This document shows positions 51,809 to 59,669 of a DNA stretch of 64,000 nt, piece by piece. The stretch is taken from assembly GCA_963708135.1 (NCBI GenBank), contig OY970192.1, positions 1,184,001-1,248,000 on the forward strand. The letters are read 5' to 3'. This stretch comes from an uncultured Gemmatimonadales bacterium. Lineage in GTDB: Bacteria; Gemmatimonadota; Gemmatimonadetes; Longimicrobiales; RSA9. How positions within the stretch are numbered: the first letter of the stretch is position 1; each line of letters opens with the position of its first letter. Under the pieces are notes generated by a model. It was not told the DNA's origin, did not search any database, and was given only the letters and a program-made list of their open reading frames with translations. Made by a program: the position numbers and the translations under genes.

Positions 51809-53391
51809 CGGCCGGGAGGGCCGCTTCCGTCGCCGTCCGGACGCCGCAGCAGGACGGCCACCGAGTCGCTGTAGAGCGGACGCCAGCCGGCGTAGTGCTG
51901 GAGCGTCTCGGCCAGCGGGATCTTCGCGGGCAGCAGCGCCAGGTCGATGTCGCGCGCCCGGAGCTTCTTCTCCCAGCCGTCGGAGAGCCCCACGATCTGC
52001 ATGTACTCCTTTGCGATCTTCGGGCCGTAGAAGTCCGTCGCGCCGTCGATGAAGACCCGCTCCTCCGGCCACGCGTAGATCATGTAGCCGCCCCAGACCT
52101 GGTCGTGGAACGCCCGCCCCGTGATGTGGTGGGCGCGCGCGTAGGCGACGGCCGCCACCGGGAAGCGCTCCGGGCTCACCGAGTCGCGCACCAGCTGGAG
52201 CGGCCCCGCCCGCCCGGCCGTGGCCGCCAGCGCCGCCATCCCCAGCAGGAACGCCGTGCTCCAGACGCCCGGCCGCGCCAGCCGGTCGCCGTTGCGCAGC
52301 GTGCGCGCCAGCCGCTCGATCGACGGAACGGAGCGGTGCAGCGACGGCCAGGCGAGCAGCAGCGGGACGGCGACGAGGCCGAAGAAGGGGATGTCGCGCT
52401 GGTACATCGCCGCGCCCGAGGCCAGCAGCAGGAATACCGCCAGCGCGGCGAAGGGCGGCCGCTCCCGCTTCACGGCGAAGACCGCCGCGAAGAACAGGAC
52501 GCCGATCATGAAGGCCTGCCCCCAGTACAGGTGGAAGTTGGGGGAGAGGAATTCCTCCGTGTTGTCCATGAGGAAGGAGTCCCCGAGCGTCCTGAGCGCG
52601 TGCAGCACCAGGCTCGGGCCCTCGGGCGTCAGCAGCAGCCCCAGCGCCCCGCCGCCCAGAAGCAGCCAGATCCGCCCGGTCCGGCCGGGGAAGAGCGGCT
52701 CGCCGGCAAGCAGCCCCTCGAGCAGCTCCCCGGCCGCGATCGCGCCCAGCAGCGTGAAGCCGAGGAACGCGCCCGGGTGCAGGTTCACCCACACCGCGAA
52801 GAAGACGGTCCCCGTCAGGAACGGCCGCCGCAGCCGCGAATCCAGCAGCCAGAGCATCAGCGCGCAGCCGAGAAAGCTGAAGATGTGCGGCCGCGCCAGC
52901 CAGTGGACGTTCCCCAGCACGATCGCGTAGCCGATCCCCGCCACCGCCGTCCAGTGCCCGACGCCGCGCCCGAGCATCCACTTGAGCACGAGCGCGTAGG
53001 ACGCCGCGATCACGGCCGCGCTCGCGAGCGCCACCGCCGCGAGTCCGCCCACGTGGTGCAGCGCCCCGAACACGACCTCGCTCCCCCACTCGTAGGCCGT
53101 GAACGGCGCCCCGGGACGGGTGAACGAGAACGCATCGAAGCGCACGAGCGCTCCGTGCGCCAGCATCCACTCGCCCAGCCGGACGTGGCGCAGCATGTCG
53201 CCGTCGCTGAACATCAGGCGGTTGTAGTAGACCGTCGGCACCAGCGCGGCGATGATGATGAAGACGAGGTCGGCGATCTGCGGCACGACGACGGTCCGCG
53301 GCTCCGCGACCGCGCGCGCGGCCGCGGCCGCCGTGGCCGCAGACCGCCCGGTCCGCGGCAGGGCCGTCGCCTCGTTCATCGTCGTCGCCAT
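51805..53391 (-). CDS. GT-C-like membrane protein, paralog of 47428-49053
   Basis: DGDMLRHVRLG, YEW, RPHIF, WVNLHPG, WGGYM, FIDGATDFYG. Confidence 0.78.
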   Translation of the reverse strand: MATTMNEATALPRTGRSAATAAAAARAVAEPRTVVVPQIADLVFIIIAALVPTVYYNRLMFSDGDMLRHVRLGEWMLAHGALVRFDAFSFTRPGAPFTAYEWGSEVVFGALHHVGGLAAVALASAAVIAASYALVLKWMLGRGVGHWTAVAGIGYAIVLGNVHWLARPHIFSFLGCALMLWLLDSRLRRPFLTGTVFFAVWVNLHPGAFLGFTLLGAIAAGELLEGLLAGEPLFPGRTGRIWLLLGGGALGLLLTPEGPSLVLHALRTLGDSFLMDNTEEFLSPNFHLYWGQAFMIGVLFFAAVFAVKRERPPFAALAVFLLLASGAAMYQRDIPFFGLVAVPLLLAWPSLHRSVPSIERLARTLRNGDRLARPGVWSTAFLLGMAALAATAGRAGPLQLVRDSVSPERFPVAAVAYARAHHITGRAFHDQVWGGYMIYAWPEERVFIDGATDFYGPKIAKEYMQIVGLSDGWEKKLRARDIDLALLPAKIPLAETLQHYAGWRPLYSDSVAVLLRRPDGDGSGPPGR

Positions 53392-53548
53392 CGCGCGTCC
53401 TCTGAGGAGGGTGGGCAGGGCGGGAACCGCACGTACGCGCCGGTCCTCGCGTCGCGTCCCGCGGGTGCCACGTACGGCGGCCCCGCCTCTGCCCGTGGTA
53501 GGGCGCCGCGCCGGGGGAGCGGCAGGTCGGACTCCACGGGCCGTCGAG

Positions 53549-53692
53549 GCAAGCGCGGGACCAGCACCAGCGCCGCGCCGGCAGGTGCGCGGAAGATCTC
53601 TGCGGCACAACGAGTTCCGGGCATCACCCGGCCCTTGGGCACGCCCGGGCCGCGGCGCCGTTTGCATCGTTTCGTTACAGCCCGCACGTAAC
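53549..53692 (-). promoter_or_regulatory. Putative sigma54 promoter for the gene starting at 53391
   Basis: Minus-strand TGGTCCCGCGCTTGC (GG-N10-GC) at 53563-53549; TGCGGCACAACG 53601-53612; GTTACAGCCCGCACGTAAC 53674-53692. Confidence 0.55.
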
Positions 53693-53879
53693 GTTTTGGG
53701 GCGTAGCGCGACCCCGGTCCGCCGTGCCGCCTCCGTTTCTTGCCGCCGTCGAATTGGGATAAGGGCAGGTGTGGCAATCGTTTGGGAGCCGCACGGCGGT
53801 GCCGTCGGCGCGCGCCGCGGCCGGGCCGCCCTCTTGCACACCACGCCCCGCATCACCGCACCAGACGAGAGGCGGACAA

Positions 53880-54809
53880 ATGGCGATCGAGGGTGGCGGC
53901 ACGGAGGCGGAGGGGCAGGGCCGGGACGACGCGGTGGCGACGCGCGGCGGCGCGTACGCCGCGGCGCCCTTTGCCGGGACGCTCGTGCACGTGGAGCTCG
54001 GTGGCGTCGCGCTCTCGAGCCCCTTCCGCGGCGAGGCCCGCCGCATGGGCATCGTCGTGCATGCGGGGGCGCCCGAGCAGGCCTGGCCCTTCCTGGGCGG
54101 CAGCGACGGGACCGTCGTGGCGACCGTCGATCCCTACGACCTGCCGCCGGCGCTCGGCTTCATGCGCGAGCTGCGGCGCCGGGGCAGCTCGGCGGGCGTG
54201 CTGGCGGTGGCCGCCACGCGCGGGCTGCGGCGCACGACGAGCTTCCCCCTGCGCCGCGCCGGTGTGGACGAGTTCGTGGCGCTGTCCGCCGACGTGGACG
54301 AGTTCGCGGCGCGCCTCCGCGAGGTGGCCCGCCTGACCCGGGCGCGCCGCGGGACCCGCGTCCGCCCGCTGCTCCCGCTCTGGGCGCAGCCGCGTGACGA
54401 GGACGGCGAGTACCGGCCGATGACGGTCGCGGAGATCGCGGAGGCCCTGCGCGAGCGGCTCGAGCTGGGCGAGGAGGACGACCCCTTCTCGCTCACGCTC
54501 CTGCGGCTGCGCTGGACGGGGGGGGGAAGCTGGCCGCTGCTCAGGCGGTGGCTCCGCCTGGAGGAGGGAGACCTCCTCGCGGACCTGCCGGACGGGACCG
54601 TGGCCATCGCGCTGGAGGGGGTCCCGCCCGGCGCCGCCGGCACGGTGGTCGAGCGGATCGCGCGCTCCCAGCCGGGGCTCGGCGTGGACGCGCTGACGAC
54701 CCTCGAGGTGCCGCCCGACCAGCGCGCGCTCCTCGCCCTGCTCGGGGGGTGGAAGGAAGCTGCGGCGCTACCCGGGATTCAGCGGTCGATCGAGGGGAGG
54801 TCCACCTGA
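53880..54809 (+). CDS. Hypothetical protein, possibly degenerate REC + GGDEF-like
   Basis: GAGG RBS; LRRAGVDEFV REC-like segment; RLEEGDLL...VAIAL GGDEF-like segment. Confidence 0.55.
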   Translation: MAIEGGGTEAEGQGRDDAVATRGGAYAAAPFAGTLVHVELGGVALSSPFRGEARRMGIVVHAGAPEQAWPFLGGSDGTVVATVDPYDLPPALGFMRELRRRGSSAGVLAVAATRGLRRTTSFPLRRAGVDEFVALSADVDEFAARLREVARLTRARRGTRVRPLLPLWAQPRDEDGEYRPMTVAEIAEALRERLELGEEDDPFSLTLLRLRWTGGGSWPLLRRWLRLEEGDLLADLPDGTVAIALEGVPPGAAGTVVERIARSQPGLGVDALTTLEVPPDQRALLALLGGWKEAAALPGIQRSIEGRST

Positions 54810-55429
54810 TGCGTCCGACCCCGGCGCAGGAAGATCCGCGTCCGCACGGTGCGGCCGTCGTACGTGGCGGCGAAGGTCCCCAGCTCGATCGGCGCCGTGG
54901 ACGGGATCTCGAACGTGCCCGACCCCTCCGCCGCGATGCCGCCCAGCTGCAGCGTGCCGCCCGGGTACTCGTACTCCACGGAGACCGGCACCGCGTTCGG
55001 GTTGCGGACCTGTACGATCGTCGCGGCCGCGGGCGTCTCGGCCGCCGAGCCGTCGCGCTCCACGGGCGCACGCTCCTCGTCCTTCTTCTTCGGGGTGTTG
55101 CGGCGCCCGGTGATCCCGGCGTCCCCCGGCGCCCTCGTCGTGCCGCTCCCGACCGTGGCCGCCGCATCCTTCACCGTGGCCTTGAGCTCCGCGTCCGCGT
55201 GCATCATGAAGAAGCCCAGCCCGAGCCCGGCCGCGATGAAGATCCACGCGAGACCGTAGTGCCGGCGCATGAAGTGCTCCAGCGCCGTGCCGCCGCAGAA
55301 CGCGACGAAGCCCGCGCTCAGCACGTCCTTCGCCGGCCAGTCCACCAGCACGCCGGCGATCACCGCGAACGTGGCGAACACCAGCCCCGAGGTTGCTCCC
55401 TGGATCATCCAGCGGTTGCGGTCCCGCAT
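54779..55429 (-). CDS. Hypothetical membrane protein (3 TM + small beta domain)
   Basis: GGAGGAG RBS before MRDRNRWM; TMs then VQVRNPN beta-rich domain. Confidence 0.6.
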   Translation of the reverse strand: MRDRNRWMIQGATSGLVFATFAVIAGVLVDWPAKDVLSAGFVAFCGGTALEHFMRRHYGLAWIFIAAGLGLGFFMMHADAELKATVKDAAATVGSGTTRAPGDAGITGRRNTPKKKDEERAPVERDGSAAETPAAATIVQVRNPNAVPVSVEYEYPGGTLQLGGIAAEGSGTFEIPSTAPIELGTFAATYDGRTVRTRIFLRRGRTHQVDLPSIDR

Positions 55430-55799
55430 TCCGGGAACTCCTCCGATTGCGCTTCGCGACGGGTGGGCGTACGGGAAACGACCGGCGTGGCCCGGTCCTG
55501 GGTGCACCTGCAGTGTGTGGATCGCTCGAACCAGAAGTTTACTCGAAACCGCCGGCGGCGCAAGGGCCGCGGCCCCGGGAAAGCCGCCCCCGCCGGTGCG
55601 ATCCGCTTGCACGGACGACGCGCGACCACTATCTTTGTCGGTCGTTCTCTCGTTCGGCTGACTTTCCCCGGCCGGCAACCGACTCCCCGGGTCTCCGGCG
55701 TTTCTTCCTGGATGTGTGGCTTTTGCACGTCGCGCCCCGCCGCCGATGGCCTGGTGAGCGGTGGCGCGCCTTACGAATGGACCCGGGAGGGATGTGAAC

Positions 55800-57128
55800 A
55801 TGCATACGCGTGAGGTGTCCCGCAGGCGAGCGGGCGGCAGGCTCGCGGCGCTCTTCCGGCGCCGCGCGCGGCGGTTCGGCAAGGACCGGCGTGGCGCCGT
55901 CCTGGTCGTGGTCGCGCTCTCCATGGTGGCCTTCGTCTCGATGGTCGCCCTCGTCGTCGATCTCGGCATGCTGCTGCTCGCGCACACCGAGGCGCAGCGC
56001 GCCGCCGATTCCGCGGCGCTCGCCGGCGCGAGCTCCTTCCTGACCTTCGACCCGGCGGTCACGCCGACCGAGGCCGAGGACACCGCCCGCGCGCGCGCCC
56101 TGGATTACGCCACGCGCCACACCATGCTGCACAACGCGATCGTGAACGGCGAGGTCACCATCCAGGTGGTGCTCGACTCCGAGAAGGTGCGCGTCACCGT
56201 CCACCGCCCGGCCATCTCCCTCATCTTCGCGCGCGTCTTCGGCATCAACACCGCGGGCGTCGCCGCGACCGCGGCCGCGGTCGCGGTCGATGCCGGCGCG
56301 GCTCCGTGCGTGAAGCCGTTCGCCATCCCCGACATGTGGGCCGCGAACCCCGCGGAGGACGTCAACAACAACCGCGTCTGGGATCTGTCCGGGTGCACCG
56401 ACAACAAGTGCAGCAACGAGGAGAAGTGGGGCTTCGACCCCGACAACGGCGACTTCTACACGCCCCGCACCGACGACAGCGGAAACGCCAACACGGACCC
56501 CACCGGCTACGGGACCGGCTACCGCAACGGCTACGCCGACGTCAGCGGGAGCGAATACTCCGGCGACTACGGCCGCCGCTTCGCCATGAAGGTGAATGGC
56601 GGCTCGGGCAAGTACATGCCGTCGTTCTGGTTCCCCTGGAAGATGCCGGGCAACAACGGCGCCAAGGACTACACCACCGCCATCGAGGGCTGCAGCTCCG
56701 TGCAGATCGGCGATACGGTCAGCTCCGACACCTCGTGGATCACTGCCGAGAAGGGCAATATCGGCCACCCCACCTATACGGCCATCGAGAACCTGATCCA
56801 CTCGAACTCGACCTATTCGAACGAGACCTGGGACGCTTCCGCCCTGGGCGGCGCGGGTGGGCCCTCCTCTGGAATCAATCCCGGCGACCCGCGCATCATC
56901 ACGGTGGCGCTCTTCGACCCCACGACGTTCGTCTCCTCGAATACCAAGAGCATGGTCTTCGTGGACTTCGCCACGTTCTTCCTCGAGGACCCCGACGTGG
57001 TCAACCCGGGCATGGCCGGCGGCCAGACCTTCAAGGCGCCCATCACCGCCCGCTACCTGGGCCGCGTCTCCGGTTCCTACGGTCCCAACAAGGGCACCAT
57101 CGTGAAGCGGCTGCGGCTGATCGAGTAG
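55800..57128 (+). CDS. tadG: TadG-like pseudopilin / tip adhesin candidate
   Basis: RRGAVLVVVAL..VDLG..EAQRAADSAALAGA Tad N-terminus; Cys-containing Asn/Asp/Gly-rich domain; ends RLIE. Confidence 0.8.
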   Translation: MHTREVSRRRAGGRLAALFRRRARRFGKDRRGAVLVVVALSMVAFVSMVALVVDLGMLLLAHTEAQRAADSAALAGASSFLTFDPAVTPTEAEDTARARALDYATRHTMLHNAIVNGEVTIQVVLDSEKVRVTVHRPAISLIFARVFGINTAGVAATAAAVAVDAGAAPCVKPFAIPDMWAANPAEDVNNNRVWDLSGCTDNKCSNEEKWGFDPDNGDFYTPRTDDSGNANTDPTGYGTGYRNGYADVSGSEYSGDYGRRFAMKVNGGSGKYMPSFWFPWKMPGNNGAKDYTTAIEGCSSVQIGDTVSSDTSWITAEKGNIGHPTYTAIENLIHSNSTYSNETWDASALGGAGGPSSGINPGDPRIITVALFDPTTFVSSNTKSMVFVDFATFFLEDPDVVNPGMAGGQTFKAPITARYLGRVSGSYGPNKGTIVKRLRLIE

Positions 57129-57156
57129 GCTGTGGCTGCAGCAGCACGAGCTCGAG

Positions 57157-57189
57157 GAAGCCGCCCTCCTGTTCCGGGAGGGCGGCTTC
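57157..57189 (+). terminator. Intrinsic terminator-like hairpin
   Basis: GAAGCCGCCCTCC-TGTTCCG-GGAGGGCGGCTTC followed by GCTCTTGT. Confidence 0.65.
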
Positions 57190-57853
57190 GCTCTTGTGTG
57201 CCGTGGGTTCCGCCCGCGAGCCATCGGCTCGTTCTCGCTGGAGCTGAGGTCATCCAGTCGCCGGATGGTCGCCGTCGGCCCCGTCACGAATCTTGGCGGC
57301 CTGGCGCTCGCGCTGGCGCTCCTCCTGCTGATGTCAGGTCGTCGTCCGCCGGCTGTCCGCACCCTTGCATGGGCGGCGCTCGGTGGCTGCGTTGCGGCCG
57401 CCGTCCAGGCAAAGGCGTTCGGCTACCACTGGCTGCCGGCGGCCGGATGCCTGCTCGCGGCGGCCGGTCTGGGACTGGCCCTCGCCGGCGACCGGATGCC
57501 GCGGAGCCGGGCGATCTCCGGTCGAGCTGCGACACGAATTGCGGGTAGCGCTCGCGCCGGCGCGGCGGCCCGGCGGCATCCGCCCGACCTGGTGCTGGTC
57601 GATCTCGCGCGCGGCACCGCGCCGGACGGACCTCCGCTCCGGCTTTTCCCGGGCGGGGCAGATGCGCGTGGGTTCGAGGCCGGCGCCAAGGGCACGGACT
57701 GTTTCCGGGCGCATCGGCCACGGCCAGGAGCCACCGGATTCGGATTCCGGGGCTACGCCCCTGGATTCGGATTCGTTGAGACAACGGGGCCGCGCGCGCG
57801 CGCCCGACCCCGTGGCTCTGTCAAGTGTGATTGCCGCGCGCGCCCGGCGCGGC

Positions 57854-59659
57854 CTAGAAGGCCAGGCCGCCGGTCACGCCGATGCTCCAGTAGCGGTAGC
57901 CGTGGGAGTTCACGCCCCAGCGCTGCAGGGCGTTGGCGGCGTAGTAGCCGGTGAGCCCGATCTGGGCGCCGGGGGCGATGGTGTAGGCGATGGTGGCCTG
58001 GCCGCGGTAGGCGCCCTGGACGGGGCCGTCGCGCTCGATCTGCTGGAGGCCGGGGGCGACTTCCAGGACGGTGCGCCAGGCGGTGCCGTTGCGCGTCCAG
58101 TTGAGGGTGGCCTCGGCGAGGCCGTAGTAGTTGGGATCGAAGTAGCCCTCGTTCAGGTGCTTCTCGAAGCCAAGACCCGTAAGTGCCATGCCCGCACGGA
58201 TCTGACTGGCGATCGAGCGCGTGATGGTTCCACGCACCAGCAGCCGCTGGTTCTGCTCGGCGCCGTCGAAGATGGCGCCCGCGGTGCGCAGTGTGGCGGC
58301 CCAGGGCGCGGCGGGCGCGGTCTCGATGGAGAGCGCCAGCTCCTGGTACGTGATGCTGTTGTCGGCCAGCAGCGCCGTGTAGTCGAAGAGCGAGCGCTGA
58401 TAGCTCAGCCCGGCCGTGAGCGGGCGGCCGGCGGGCGTACGGATCGCGCCGGTGTAGCGGGCCACCCAATGGTTGTCCTGCGCCACGGTCGCCGCGCCGC
58501 CGCCGGCGGAGAGGGTCCAGCCGCCGGCCACGAAGGCGGTCAGCGTGAGTAGCCCGCCATAGGTGCTGTGGTCGAGGCCGGGCGCGTCAAGCAGCAGCTT
58601 CTTGCGGTAGCCGTCGGCCGCGATCTCCAGGTGGGCGCCGGGATTCCAGCGGAGCACGAGGCGGGAGGTGTTGATGCGGTTGCCGTCGTTGTCGTGCTCG
58701 TAGTTGTTGGAGGCGTAGGCGCGCGGCCCGGCGGCGGCCTCGGCCCAGGCGATCTGGTTCTGCACCTCGGGGTCGTCGGGGGCCAGCCGTCGGGCGCGAT
58801 CGAGCACGGAGAGCGCCTCGGAGGCGCGCCCCTCCCAGCGCAGCGTCTGGGCGAGCCCGACCAGGCCCTCCACGTCCTGCGGCGCCACGGCCAGCACGCG
58901 GTTCCACGCGGCCTCCGCCTCGCGCAGCCGGCCGCTCCAGGCGTAGGTGCGCGCGACGCCGCGCAGCGCCTCGAGGTCGTTGGGCTTCTGGCGCAGGATC
59001 GACTGGTAGACGGCACGGGCGGTGTCCTGTGCCCCGCCGTAGGCGTAGCTGAGGGCAAGGCCGAGGCGGGCCTCCGCCTGGGCGGGATCGACGGCGAGCA
59101 GGTCCTGGAACGCCTGCGCGGCCTCCGTCCGCTTGCCGGACCAGAGCAGCGCGTGCGCCTTGCCGAGCAGCAGCTCCTCGCGGTGCGCCGTGTCGGTGGC
59201 CAGCAGCCGGTCGTAGAGGGGCAGGGCGGTGCGGAAGTCGCCCGACCAGGTGGCGAACTGCGCCCGCGCGAACTCGGCATCCACGTTGTTCGGGTCCCGC
59301 GCCAGGATCGAGTCCACGGCGGCGGAGGCGCTGGCGAAGTCCTTCTTCCACGCGAACACGCGCGCGCGCTCCAGCGCCGCCTTCTCGTCCCGCGGCGTGA
59401 GGCGCAGCAGCCGGTCGAAGAGCGCGGTGCTCTCGTCGTAGCGCCTGGACCAGCCGACCATGAGCGCCAGCCGGTGCAGCGCGACGGTGTCGGTGGAGTC
59501 CGCCGCGAGCATGCGCCGGTAGAGCGGCTCGGCGGTGGCGTAGTCGCCGCGGTTCCAGGCCGCGGCCGCGGGATCCTGGGCATGCGCGGGACGCGCCGAC
59601 CCCAGCGATACGGCCAGGAGCACGGCGGCCGCGGGCATCCAGTGCAGTCGAGTCTTCAT
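57854..59659 (-). CDS. TPR-repeat + C-terminal OM beta-barrel export protein (YaiO/PgaA/PelB-like architecture)
   Basis: Signal peptide, multiple TPRs, beta-strand C-terminus with GYFDP, terminal Phe. Confidence 0.78.
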   Translation of the reverse strand: MKTRLHWMPAAAVLLAVSLGSARPAHAQDPAAAAWNRGDYATAEPLYRRMLAADSTDTVALHRLALMVGWSRRYDESTALFDRLLRLTPRDEKAALERARVFAWKKDFASASAAVDSILARDPNNVDAEFARAQFATWSGDFRTALPLYDRLLATDTAHREELLLGKAHALLWSGKRTEAAQAFQDLLAVDPAQAEARLGLALSYAYGGAQDTARAVYQSILRQKPNDLEALRGVARTYAWSGRLREAEAAWNRVLAVAPQDVEGLVGLAQTLRWEGRASEALSVLDRARRLAPDDPEVQNQIAWAEAAAGPRAYASNNYEHDNDGNRINTSRLVLRWNPGAHLEIAADGYRKKLLLDAPGLDHSTYGGLLTLTAFVAGGWTLSAGGGAATVAQDNHWVARYTGAIRTPAGRPLTAGLSYQRSLFDYTALLADNSITYQELALSIETAPAAPWAATLRTAGAIFDGAEQNQRLLVRGTITRSIASQIRAGMALTGLGFEKHLNEGYFDPNYYGLAEATLNWTRNGTAWRTVLEVAPGLQQIERDGPVQGAYRGQATIAYTIAPGAQIGLTGYYAANALQRWGVNSHGYRYWSIGVTGGLAF

Positions 59660-59669
59660 ACGGAGCTCC

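Noticed and set aside
50294..53608. Single 1104-aa ORF
   Set aside because: Its N-terminal half is an alternate frame over the 51805-53391 gene; the true start is the ATG at 51808
55430..55799. c-di-GMP riboswitch in the divergent intergenic region
   Set aside because: Only vague GCAAAAGCC similarity; I could not build the GEMM P1/P2 structure. An Infernal/Rfam search would settle it
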